NCBI GenBank assembly: GCA_039831735.1
Contig: JBDOMS010000219.1
Coordinates: 1 to 29,135 of the forward strand
Length of the DNA stretch: 29,135 nucleotides
DNA from: Pirellulales bacterium
Lineage (GTDB): Bacteria > Planctomycetota > Planctomycetia > Pirellulales > UBA1268
Direction: 5' to 3'
Below, in pieces: positions 8,713 to 16,756 of this stretch (the first letter of the stretch is position 1; every line of letters begins with the position of its first letter). The notes under the pieces were generated by a model that saw only the letters and a program-made list of their open reading frames with translations, was not told the origin of the DNA and did not search any database. The position numbers and the translations under genes were made by a program.

Positions 8713-9879
8713 ATGTCTACTACTGAACCTTCAATCTCTGCAAAGCAAACCACCTCCGAGCCTGCGGAACTTCCGGCTGGTAAGTCAGGCTCTGACAGCC
8801 TGGAAATCAATCGATTGTTCGAAGGTCTCGTAAAGCTCGACGGGAGTGACCTCCACCTCAAGGTTGGACAGCCTCCAATCATGCGAGTCAAAGGAGCGCT
8901 GACTAAGCTGAAATTTCCACCAATTGATGCAGAACACATGAAGCGGTTGTGTATGCCCCTTCTTGATGAAAGACAAAAGCGGATTTTTGCTGAAGATGGT
9001 GGAGCAGACTTTGCCTATGCCTGTATGGCTGATGGAAAGAAATGGCGTTTTCGTGTTAATTTGTTGACACAACAAGGATCAATGGGGCTTGTTGCACGGA
9101 AAGTCAATGACAGTATTCCTGACTTCGAAAAACTTTTTCTTCCACCATCTATTGAGAAGCTTTGCAAATTGGATCAGGGCATGGTGTTGCTAGCAGGAGT
9201 GACAGGATCAGGTAAAAGTACCACGATTGGTTCGATGCTCAATTATGTGAATCGTCATTATCGCAAGCACATTCTGACGCTTGAGGATCCTATTGAATTT
9301 GTTTTTACAGAAGATAAATGTTTGATCAATCAGCGAGAGATTGGTGTGGATGTCAAGAATTTTGAGATTGGCATGAAGCATGCGGTTCGTGAAGACCCAG
9401 ACATTATTTTGGTTGGTGAGTTGCGAGATGTGGAGACGTTCAAGACTGCCATTCATGCAGCTGAGACAGGGCATTTGGTATTTGGTACGATTCACGCCGC
9501 AACAGCCCCAAGTACCATCACTCGTATTTTAGACCTCTTTCCACAGGAAGAGCATGCTGCAATTCGTAGTGCGATTGCGTTCAATATGAAGGGAATCGTT
9601 GCTCAAAAACTACTCAAATCAATTCGGCCTGATGTGAGCCGAGTGCCTGTTGTCGAGTTGATGTTTTTTGATGGTCTTGTTCGAAAGTATGTTCTTGAAG
9701 AAGAGGATCATTTATTAGCGGATCATATTAAGAAGTCGCATCGTGATGGCATGCAAGATTTTACACAGAGCTTAAAAAATCTTATCGATCAACAGTTGAT
9801 TGATAGGAATGATGCGATGGAGATTGCTCCAAACAAAGAAGCTCTGACGATGTTGCTCAAGGGCATCGGGGTCACTTGA
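8713..9879 (+). CDS. pilT: PilT/PilU-family type IV pilus retraction ATPase
   Basis: Start taken as ATG 8713, because the track start at 8530 overlaps hisF by about 180 nt. SDLHLKVG, Walker A GVTGSGKS, Asp box TLEDPIE, Walker B EDPDIILVGELRD, His box AAETGHLVFGTIH and GMQDF are all intact. Confidence 0.88.
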   Translation: MSTTEPSISAKQTTSEPAELPAGKSGSDSLEINRLFEGLVKLDGSDLHLKVGQPPIMRVKGALTKLKFPPIDAEHMKRLCMPLLDERQKRIFAEDGGADFAYACMADGKKWRFRVNLLTQQGSMGLVARKVNDSIPDFEKLFLPPSIEKLCKLDQGMVLLAGVTGSGKSTTIGSMLNYVNRHYRKHILTLEDPIEFVFTEDKCLINQREIGVDVKNFEIGMKHAVREDPDIILVGELRDVETFKTAIHAAETGHLVFGTIHAATAPSTITRILDLFPQEEHAAIRSAIAFNMKGIVAQKLLKSIRPDVSRVPVVELMFFDGLVRKYVLEEEDHLLADHIKKSHRDGMQDFTQSLKNLIDQQLIDRNDAMEIAPNKEALTMLLKGIGVT

Positions 9880-11711
9880 TGGATGATGGCATTCGAAGAT
9901 GGTGGTTGCTACTGCAGCGTTGTGTCTGCATTGTCCTGTCATTTTCTGTCTCACCTGTCGTAGCTGAGGAGTGGCCTGCAGCGTCACCCGAGTGGATTTC
10001 TCGTGGGGCTGGTGGAGGGCTCAGTCTTCTTTTGGTTTTTTGTTGGTGGCTGATAGCACTTGGTTGGGTATTTACGACGGATTGGCTGTCTCGAGATAGT
10101 GTCAGTCGCGGGTATGCTCCCAATCTTTGGGGGCCGCTGGCAGCGTTCTTGTTTGTGCCTGTGGCTATTGCAGCATGGTGGGTGCCGTGGGCCTGGGCTT
10201 CTCTTCTGCTCACGGCAGCGGCATGGCTTCTACCGCAGTTTGTCTATGTTCTGATCCGTAATCCAAAAGTGCCAAAATCGGAAAAAGTTCTCACGGTTGG
10301 TCACACCAAGCGTGTGTTAGCACCACTGTTAGAACATTTGGGTGTAGAGATCGATACCATGGAAGAAGGAGGCGATGACCTACTGCCCACCGTTGTTGTA
10401 GGGATGTCTGCCGATGCAGCAGAATCAGATCCATCAATGATGAAAAAGCTCAAGGCTGCTGCGGGCTATTTGGATGCGTGTACCGCCATGCAGTCGGCAG
10501 TTTTGGTGCGAGCTGATAAGGTTCGTTTTGATATTGCTGCGAGTGCTGTACATGTGCGTCACCATGTAGATGGTGTTTGGGTCAAGCCGCGGGTCATGAC
10601 ATCAGCTGGCTCCAAGCGAGAGCCAGAGCAGTGGGCTGATGTGCAGCCCTTTTCTCGCTCTGATGGTGATGCCATTTTGGTTGTACTCAAGGCTGCAGCG
10701 GGTGTTGATCCTAGAGCGAAGGGTCGTCAGCGTGGTGGGTTTGTCATCGATGTTGATGGGAAGTCCCGGCAATGCAAGCTTGTTGTTCAAACCATTAAGA
10801 CTGGCGAGCAAGTCATTGTTGACATCCAGAATAAACCACCATCCATAGCAACATGTGCAGATTTGGGCATGGGCCCTGAACTTGTTGAGAATTTCACAAA
10901 AATTCTTGAACTCTCAAAAGGCCTACTCATTGTTTCATCTCCGCATGGATCGGGGCTGACCACCTCATTCGATATTGCAATCAATACCGCCGACCGTCTT
11001 ATGCGCGACTTCATTTCACTCGAGGATACCGCTGCTCCGGCTGCTGAGATCCAAAATGTGAAGCCTGTCCGATACGATACAAAGCAAGGGCAGTCAGCAA
11101 TGGAAGTATTAGAAAAAGCATTGCTTGACTATCCAGCTGGAGTCCTCGCGCGTGACCTCCGTGATCCTGCCTTGGTCGCTGAGCTGGTACGAGTTGCTGA
11201 GCATGAAGAGAAGTTTGTTGTTATTAGTCTCACTGCTTCAGATTCGATTGATGCCATTACAAAAGTTCAGTCCTGCCGGGTGCCTCTTGATCAATTAGGG
11301 AAGAGTCTTCTTGGATCTCTTTCTCAGCGACTTGTAAGAAGGTTGTGCCCGCGTTGTAAAATCGCGTTCCAGCCTCCTCGTGAGCTTCTTGTGAAGCTGA
11401 AGAAAAGTCCTGAAGAGGTGCCCCAGCTGTATCGTGCTTCTCAGCATGGGTGCCGCATATGTGGAGGCTTAGGCTATATGGGGCGGACTGCGATTTTTGA
11501 GTTCTCCTCAGGGCCAACGTTGAGGAAATACCTTTCGTCAAAAGCAGATTTGCAGAAGATTCGTCAGGCTGCCATCCACGATGGAATGAAAAGCCTTCGT
11601 GAATCTGGTGTAGCGAAGGTGATAGAAGGAGTCACGTCTTTAGAAGAGTTGCAGCGGGTGCTGTCCCCAGTTCGTGCAAAACAAACGGTGTCTGGAGGAA
11701 AACAAAAGTGA
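9876..11711 (+). CDS. PilB/GspE-like protein with an N-terminal multi-pass membrane region and degenerate ATPase motifs (probable pseudo-ATPase)
   Basis: Hydrophobic segments in the first 130 aa, a PilB-like N2 domain (VRHHVDGVW), and a PilB/GspE C-terminus (SQRLVRRLCPRC...GCRICGGLGYMGRTAIFE...GMKSLRESG..KVIEGVTSLEELQRV). Walker A reads SPHGSGLTTS and Walker B reads DYPAGVLARDLRD. Confidence 0.85.
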   Translation: MMDDGIRRWWLLLQRCVCIVLSFSVSPVVAEEWPAASPEWISRGAGGGLSLLLVFCWWLIALGWVFTTDWLSRDSVSRGYAPNLWGPLAAFLFVPVAIAAWWVPWAWASLLLTAAAWLLPQFVYVLIRNPKVPKSEKVLTVGHTKRVLAPLLEHLGVEIDTMEEGGDDLLPTVVVGMSADAAESDPSMMKKLKAAAGYLDACTAMQSAVLVRADKVRFDIAASAVHVRHHVDGVWVKPRVMTSAGSKREPEQWADVQPFSRSDGDAILVVLKAAAGVDPRAKGRQRGGFVIDVDGKSRQCKLVVQTIKTGEQVIVDIQNKPPSIATCADLGMGPELVENFTKILELSKGLLIVSSPHGSGLTTSFDIAINTADRLMRDFISLEDTAAPAAEIQNVKPVRYDTKQGQSAMEVLEKALLDYPAGVLARDLRDPALVAELVRVAEHEEKFVVISLTASDSIDAITKVQSCRVPLDQLGKSLLGSLSQRLVRRLCPRCKIAFQPPRELLVKLKKSPEEVPQLYRASQHGCRICGGLGYMGRTAIFEFSSGPTLRKYLSSKADLQKIRQAAIHDGMKSLRESGVAKVIEGVTSLEELQRVLSPVRAKQTVSGGKQK

Positions 11712-12307
11712 TTAGCATTGTACTCCTGCTTCTCATGGGAATTTGTGCCGGTCTCTTTTACCGAGAGGGTCTGTGGTCAGCAATGGTGGCAACCATTAAT
11801 GTTCTATTTTCGGCGACGCTTGCAACAGCCTGGTATGAGTGGCCAGCAGGACTTATTCAAGATGCCATTCCCGGAGCAGGTTACGTCGTAGATTTTTTCT
11901 GTGTGTGGATTTTGTTTGCTCTCTTGTTGACTATCACTACGGAAGTCACGATTCGAGTGTCACGAACGCGCGTGAAGTTTCCCTTGTGGGTTGATCGTAT
12001 TGGTGGGCCAGTCATGGGGTTGATGGTGGGCTGGATCTTTATATGTTTTGCTGCCACAACGCTTCATATGGCTCCGGTTCCACGAGATAGTATTCAACCA
12101 AACCCGACTCATCGTATGTTTGGTGGTTTGGCCCCTGATAGAAAATGGCTCCAGTTCGTCCGAAGGGCAACTCGTGAGGGCCGACCTTTTTCCCGACCAG
12201 GTGACAATGAGTCAAATGTTTTTGATAAAGACGCTGATTTTATCTTAAGGTATGCAGATCGTCGAAAAAAACTTGAGTCAGAGGGTTCACTATGGGCGAA
12301 GCCTTAA
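11708..12307 (+). CDS. CvpA (colicin V production)-like inner-membrane protein with a soluble C-terminal extension
   Basis: GTG start overlaps the upstream TGA. Four hydrophobic helices, the pattern YREGLWSA...DRIGGPVMGLMVG, and an approximately 75-aa hydrophilic tail. Confidence 0.7.
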   Translation: MISIVLLLLMGICAGLFYREGLWSAMVATINVLFSATLATAWYEWPAGLIQDAIPGAGYVVDFFCVWILFALLLTITTEVTIRVSRTRVKFPLWVDRIGGPVMGLMVGWIFICFAATTLHMAPVPRDSIQPNPTHRMFGGLAPDRKWLQFVRRATREGRPFSRPGDNESNVFDKDADFILRYADRRKKLESEGSLWAKP

Positions 12308-12915
12308 CCAGTAATGAAAAAGAAAAAGATGAATATCAGCCAGTCAGTGGTTTAGCTGTTGCTGCACTGGTTGCAGGGTTTTTTTCTGCGGGTGCATTAG
12401 TGAGCCCATTTTTCTGGTTCGTTCCTTTTCTGGGTATTGGTGTTGCAAGTCTTGGACTGAGCGATGTGAGTCGAAGGGGTGCTCAAAAAATTGGTAGGAC
12501 GGCGGCCCTGTGTGGTCTTGCGTTGTCTGTTGGATTTGGTGCTCAGGCAATGTCGTACTCATTTGTTATGAGAAGTGTTTTGGCATCTCGGGCCGAGGAA
12601 GCGACGCGCTTATGGATTACAGCTGTTCGCGAGGGTCGTGTTGATGATGCCCGAGAAATGAGTTTCCTCGATGATCATCCTGTCAATGATTTGGTGGATC
12701 GATTGTCTGACTGTGATGCTCTTGTGAATCCACGTATTCAGATTACGGACAAAGGGGTATCGGATCCAAGTAGGTGGTTTGTGTCGGTTCTCATGGAGCC
12801 GTGCGGTTCTCAACGAATAGAGCTAGTCGTCGAGCTATCGCATTCAAAGATAGTTCGGCAAGATGGGCTGGTCGAAAGATGGATGGTTGTGAATGTACAA
12901 CTAGTCTCTACTTAG
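12292..12915 (+). CDS. Hypothetical membrane protein, DUF4190-like N-terminus
   Basis: YQPVSGLAVAALVAG...GIGVASLGLSDV...IGRTAALCGLALS with three hydrophobic helices, followed by a soluble domain. Confidence 0.6.
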   Translation: MGEALTSNEKEKDEYQPVSGLAVAALVAGFFSAGALVSPFFWFVPFLGIGVASLGLSDVSRRGAQKIGRTAALCGLALSVGFGAQAMSYSFVMRSVLASRAEEATRLWITAVREGRVDDAREMSFLDDHPVNDLVDRLSDCDALVNPRIQITDKGVSDPSRWFVSVLMEPCGSQRIELVVELSHSKIVRQDGLVERWMVVNVQLVST

Positions 12916-13883
12916 CGATATGCAGACGGAAATGGTACGACTGAGTCAATTGAGTTCGCTTGAGCTGTGAGCATCACGAGACGGTCAAACCCAAGTGCTA
13001 CCCCTACTCCGTGCGGCATGGTTCCATTGTGTGCATTCAGAAAGTGAAGTGGTTGTGGCAGTGGATCTCTTCCATCAGCAGAACGGATTTCGTTTGCTCT
13101 ATGAATACGAGAAGAAATAATTTCCAGGCGTGTTTCTTCTTCCCAGCCATTGGCAAGTTCAACTCCATCAAGAAATAACTCAAATCGTTTTGCGACTCGT
13201 GAATCTTCGTCATCAAGACGTGCAAAAGCGGACTGAGAGGCAGGCCAGGCCTCGAGTATTGTTGGTTTTTGAAGTCCAAGCTTTGGCTGTACTGCTTCAG
13301 ACAGAATGGCTTCGAACCAATGATCCCAGAGATTTTGATAGTGCAGCTCGTTTTGAGGAGTACGATCATACGATTCCGGAATCTGAAGTTCCAGCTTTGA
13401 ACCAGCATGGCGCAGTTCATCTAGAGAGGCTGTAGAGGGATTAACACCAGCGAACTTCTGAAAGGCTTCTGTGCATGTAACTCGCTCGATACCTTTCGTT
13501 CCTACAGTTGCCGTGCAGAGTTTTGCAAGGAATTCAGTAGTGTTATCGATTGTTGTCTTCGGTGCATACCACTCAAGAAGTACAAACTCAACGTCGTGGA
13601 GTCTTCCGCGTTCTCCATCACGAAATGATCTCGCAAACTGATAAACAGGGCCAGAGCCTGCTGCCAAGAGCCTCTTCATAAAGGCCTCAGGACTTGTTTG
13701 CAAGAATATAGAAGACTCGCGAGTTCCTTTCATCGGTATGGAGATTGGATCAATGTATGCTTCGGGTAGTATTTCAGTTGATAGTATCGGTGTATCAACT
13801 TCAATGAAACCAGATCCGTCAAAGAGATCTCGCAGTTTTGATCGTACCGAGGCTCGCAATGCAAGAACGGGTCGAATAGTCAC
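12912..13883 (-). CDS. epmA: EF-P lysine aminoacylase (lysyl-tRNA synthetase catalytic-domain paralog; GenX/PoxA)
   Basis: Class II aaRS motifs GFIEVDTPIL, LQTSPE..MKRLLAAG, YQFARSFRDGERGRLHDVEF, RFELFLDGVELANG and GVALGFDRL. No anticodon-binding domain; 323 aa. Confidence 0.92.
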   Translation of the reverse strand: MTIRPVLALRASVRSKLRDLFDGSGFIEVDTPILSTEILPEAYIDPISIPMKGTRESSIFLQTSPEAFMKRLLAAGSGPVYQFARSFRDGERGRLHDVEFVLLEWYAPKTTIDNTTEFLAKLCTATVGTKGIERVTCTEAFQKFAGVNPSTASLDELRHAGSKLELQIPESYDRTPQNELHYQNLWDHWFEAILSEAVQPKLGLQKPTILEAWPASQSAFARLDDEDSRVAKRFELFLDGVELANGWEEETRLEIISSRIHRANEIRSADGRDPLPQPLHFLNAHNGTMPHGVGVALGFDRLVMLTAQANSIDSVVPFPSAYR

Positions 13884-14341
13884 GGAGAGGAGAACGGCTT
13901 TCTTGCAGCGATTTGTTCATTGGTTTCCCGGTAGACAAGCACTGGACACGGTGCTCGTCGAACAATTGACTCTGCAACACTTCCCATGAGCATTCGGGTC
14001 AATCCGGTTCGTCCATGCGTACCAAGTACGATCATATCAGCTTTTTTTTCAGCTGCTATACGGACAATCTCAGAAGCAGGGTCACCAAGCAAAAGATGGT
14101 GTGTGAATTTCAAAGATTTGTCAGAGGGACGTACTCGCTCAAGCATTTCAAGAATATGTTCAGAACTTGGTTCTGGGATGCCGTAGTACAACTCACCACC
14201 ACCATATGCAAGCGGAGGTTCTTCCACATGGACAATAAGAAGTTCAGCATCCTGTTGTCTTGCAAGTGACTCTGCATGAAAAAGAACTGCGTCACTGGCA
14301 TGAGAAAAGTCAGTCGGAAAAACAATAGTGCTTTGTTTCAT
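13880..14341 (-). CDS. Universal stress protein (single USP domain)
   Basis: Start taken as ATG 14341, with GGAGGAG upstream on the minus strand. IVFPTDFS, GDPASEI, DMIVLGTHGRTGLTRMLMGSVAESIVRRAPCPVLV. Confidence 0.92.
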   Translation of the reverse strand: MKQSTIVFPTDFSHASDAVLFHAESLARQQDAELLIVHVEEPPLAYGGGELYYGIPEPSSEHILEMLERVRPSDKSLKFTHHLLLGDPASEIVRIAAEKKADMIVLGTHGRTGLTRMLMGSVAESIVRRAPCPVLVYRETNEQIAARKPFSSP

Positions 14342-14500
14342 GATACTCCTCCCAGAACAAAGATGTTTCATGTTCAAGAAGAAAAGAAAACGCTCTTGTA
14401 TTCTAGTTTACTCCTAGCTTTATCTCTACAGTCTCCTGTCGATGGCGCGAATGAGTATGAGAGGCCACAAGGAATATCGTTCCAAGAAACCGTGAGTCAA

Positions 14501-16597
14501 TCAGCGAAGACGCATGCCCGGAAGCGCACCGGAATCAGGAGAAATCAGGAAGACACCTGGGTTTCCGGCACCGCTGCCGGCAACAATCATGCCTTCACTT
14601 AATCCAAATTTCATTTTTCGTGGTGCGAGGTTTGCAACCACTACAACAAGCCGGCCGATCAAGTTTGAGGGTTCATGAAATCCCTTTATACCCGCGAAAA
14701 TTGTTCGTGTCGTATCTCCTCCAAGGCTCACTGTTAGCTTTAGAAGTTTGCGGGCATCTGGAACGTCCTCAGCAGAAATGATTCTGGCAATTCGCAGATC
14801 AACCTTTGAGAAGTCGTCTATTGTACATTCTGCAGCAAGTGGTTCTGCAGCGAGAGATTCACCAGAGTCTGAATGTGTGTCTTGCACAGATTGGCTTCCT
14901 TTATTGTGGTTTCTGGGTTGTGAGGAGTCAGCGGTAACGGATTGTTTTTTTACCACTTCAAGCATCGATTCAATATGCTTTGGGTCTACACGACGCATAA
15001 GAGGTTGGAATGTACTTACAGTTGTATTCACCAGGGGACACTGTGATTCTTCCCATTGTGTGATCGGCCCTCCTAGAAGGGTGCCAACCTTCTGAGAGAT
15101 TTCTGGAAGAACAGGGGTAAGATACACCATTATTTGTCGGAACAGATTGAGTGCGACACTCGCTACCTGTTGGAGTTTTTCAGCGGACGCCGGACCGTCT
15201 TTGGCAAGCTTCCAGGGCTGTTCTGCATCAACATAGGCATTTGCCCGATCAGCAGCGAGCATGATAACTCGCATGGCGCGAGCAAAGTCACAGTTTTCAT
15301 AGGCTTTTGCAATTTCAACAGCATCTTTTGCAGCGGTGTCAAAAAGTCCTCCATCGTCAGGATAGGTTTCTGAGAGACCAGTGGATTGAAGCCATCGAGC
15401 TGTTCGGCTGGCAAGATTTACGACTTTGCCGATCAGGTCTGAATTAACCTTGGTAGTAAAATCATCGAGATTGAGGTCAATGTCATCAATACCACCAGAT
15501 AATTTGCTGGCGTAATAGTAACGAAGTGCACTTGGATCGAGATGCTCAAGATACGTCCTTGCCATGATGAACGTTCCACGACTTTTGGACATCTTCTGAC
15601 CATTGACAGTAAGGAATCCGTGTATCCGAACCTTTTTAGGAAGCGCAAGGCCAGCTGCTTCGAGCATGGCTGGCCAGAAGAGTGTGTGAAAGTAAGTAAT
15701 ATCTTTTCCAATAAAATGATGGATTTCAGTTTTTGGACTGTCGTTTTGATCTCGTCCCCACCAACTTGAAAGAGATTCGTTATGTGCATCACACCATTCT
15801 TGTGTCGTAGCGATGTAGCCAACTGGAGCATCGAACCAAACATACCAGTACTGACCAGGGGTATCAGGGATTTCGAAACCAAAATAAGGGGCTGGCCGTG
15901 AAATATCCCAGTCACGTAGTGGATCATTTAGGAAATGCCCGGTGAGATAGTTTGCAATCCGTGGGTCGAGTGCATCTGAGGATGTTGTCCATGAGTTGAG
16001 GAAGTCATGAAGTTTTTCAATTGTCACAAAGAGATGATCTGCTGAGCGAACTTCTGGAGTTGTCCCAGAAAGCGTACTTACAGGATTGACTAATTCAGCA
16101 GGTCCATAGGTTGCACCGCATTTCTCACATGAATCACCATATTGATCAGCTGCACCACACTTTGGGCACGACCCCTGAACAAACCGGTCTGCGAGAAACA
16201 AGTTGGCTTCTGGATCAAAGAGTTGCTGAACCTCACGATTGACAATGAGCCCTTGTTTTTGAAGAGCCTGCCAGATTGTTTTGCATAACTGTTTATTGGC
16301 AGTACTGTCAGTCGACCCATAATGATCAAATTCAATCTGAAAACCATTGAAGTCTGCAAGGTGGGCTTTTCGCATGTCAGCTATAAGGTCTTGCTCGCTT
16401 CTTCCTTCAGCTTTGGCACGAATCGTGATCGCTGTGCCATGCGTATCGTCAGCACAAAGGTAGATTGCCTGATGCCCACGGAGCTTTTGAAAACGAACAA
16501 AAATATCGGTTTGGATATATTCGACAAGATGTCCGAGGTGTATGTGCCCATTGGCATAGGGCAGGGCGGATGTGACGAGAATACGGCGATCAGGCAT
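14501..16597 (-). CDS. metG: Methionyl-tRNA synthetase with a C-terminal tRNA-binding domain
   Basis: [15 protein letters not shown] (HIGH), zinc knuckle CPKC...CEKC, WDISR, YVWFDAP, FIGKDI, KMSKS, and a C-terminal [31 protein letters not shown] domain. Confidence 0.98.
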   Translation of the reverse strand: MPDRRILVTSALPYANGHIHLGHLVEYIQTDIFVRFQKLRGHQAIYLCADDTHGTAITIRAKAEGRSEQDLIADMRKAHLADFNGFQIEFDHYGSTDSTANKQLCKTIWQALQKQGLIVNREVQQLFDPEANLFLADRFVQGSCPKCGAADQYGDSCEKCGATYGPAELVNPVSTLSGTTPEVRSADHLFVTIEKLHDFLNSWTTSSDALDPRIANYLTGHFLNDPLRDWDISRPAPYFGFEIPDTPGQYWYVWFDAPVGYIATTQEWCDAHNESLSSWWGRDQNDSPKTEIHHFIGKDITYFHTLFWPAMLEAAGLALPKKVRIHGFLTVNGQKMSKSRGTFIMARTYLEHLDPSALRYYYASKLSGGIDDIDLNLDDFTTKVNSDLIGKVVNLASRTARWLQSTGLSETYPDDGGLFDTAAKDAVEIAKAYENCDFARAMRVIMLAADRANAYVDAEQPWKLAKDGPASAEKLQQVASVALNLFRQIMVYLTPVLPEISQKVGTLLGGPITQWEESQCPLVNTTVSTFQPLMRRVDPKHIESMLEVVKKQSVTADSSQPRNHNKGSQSVQDTHSDSGESLAAEPLAAECTIDDFSKVDLRIARIISAEDVPDARKLLKLTVSLGGDTTRTIFAGIKGFHEPSNLIGRLVVVVANLAPRKMKFGLSEGMIVAGSGAGNPGVFLISPDSGALPGMRLR

Positions 16598-16756
16598 AGC
16601 TACGGATTGTAGGCGGTAATGAGGAACTAAGGTAACGATGTTGAAATGGGGGCATCAGGGCAAGCCCAACTCGGTGAGTATTCTCAAAAAGTGATCTTGT
16701 GGCTCCGGGAGGCTCTCGCCACCATCCTCGTTTTATTCCTCGGCGTGGAGCATTGA

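Noticed and set aside
9876-11711. Pseudogene call for the PilB/GspE-like ORF
   Set aside because: No frameshift or internal stop, the zinc cysteines and C-terminal motifs are intact, and it is coupled to both neighbours.
12912-13883. Truncated lysyl-tRNA synthetase pseudogene
   Set aside because: Absence of the anticodon-binding domain with an intact frame and this length is normal for EpmA.
16598-16756. Possible T-box or SAM riboswitch upstream of metG
   Set aside because: No recognisable T-box (GGTGGxACCGCG) or SAM-I core on the minus strand, and the region is shared with a divergent promoter.
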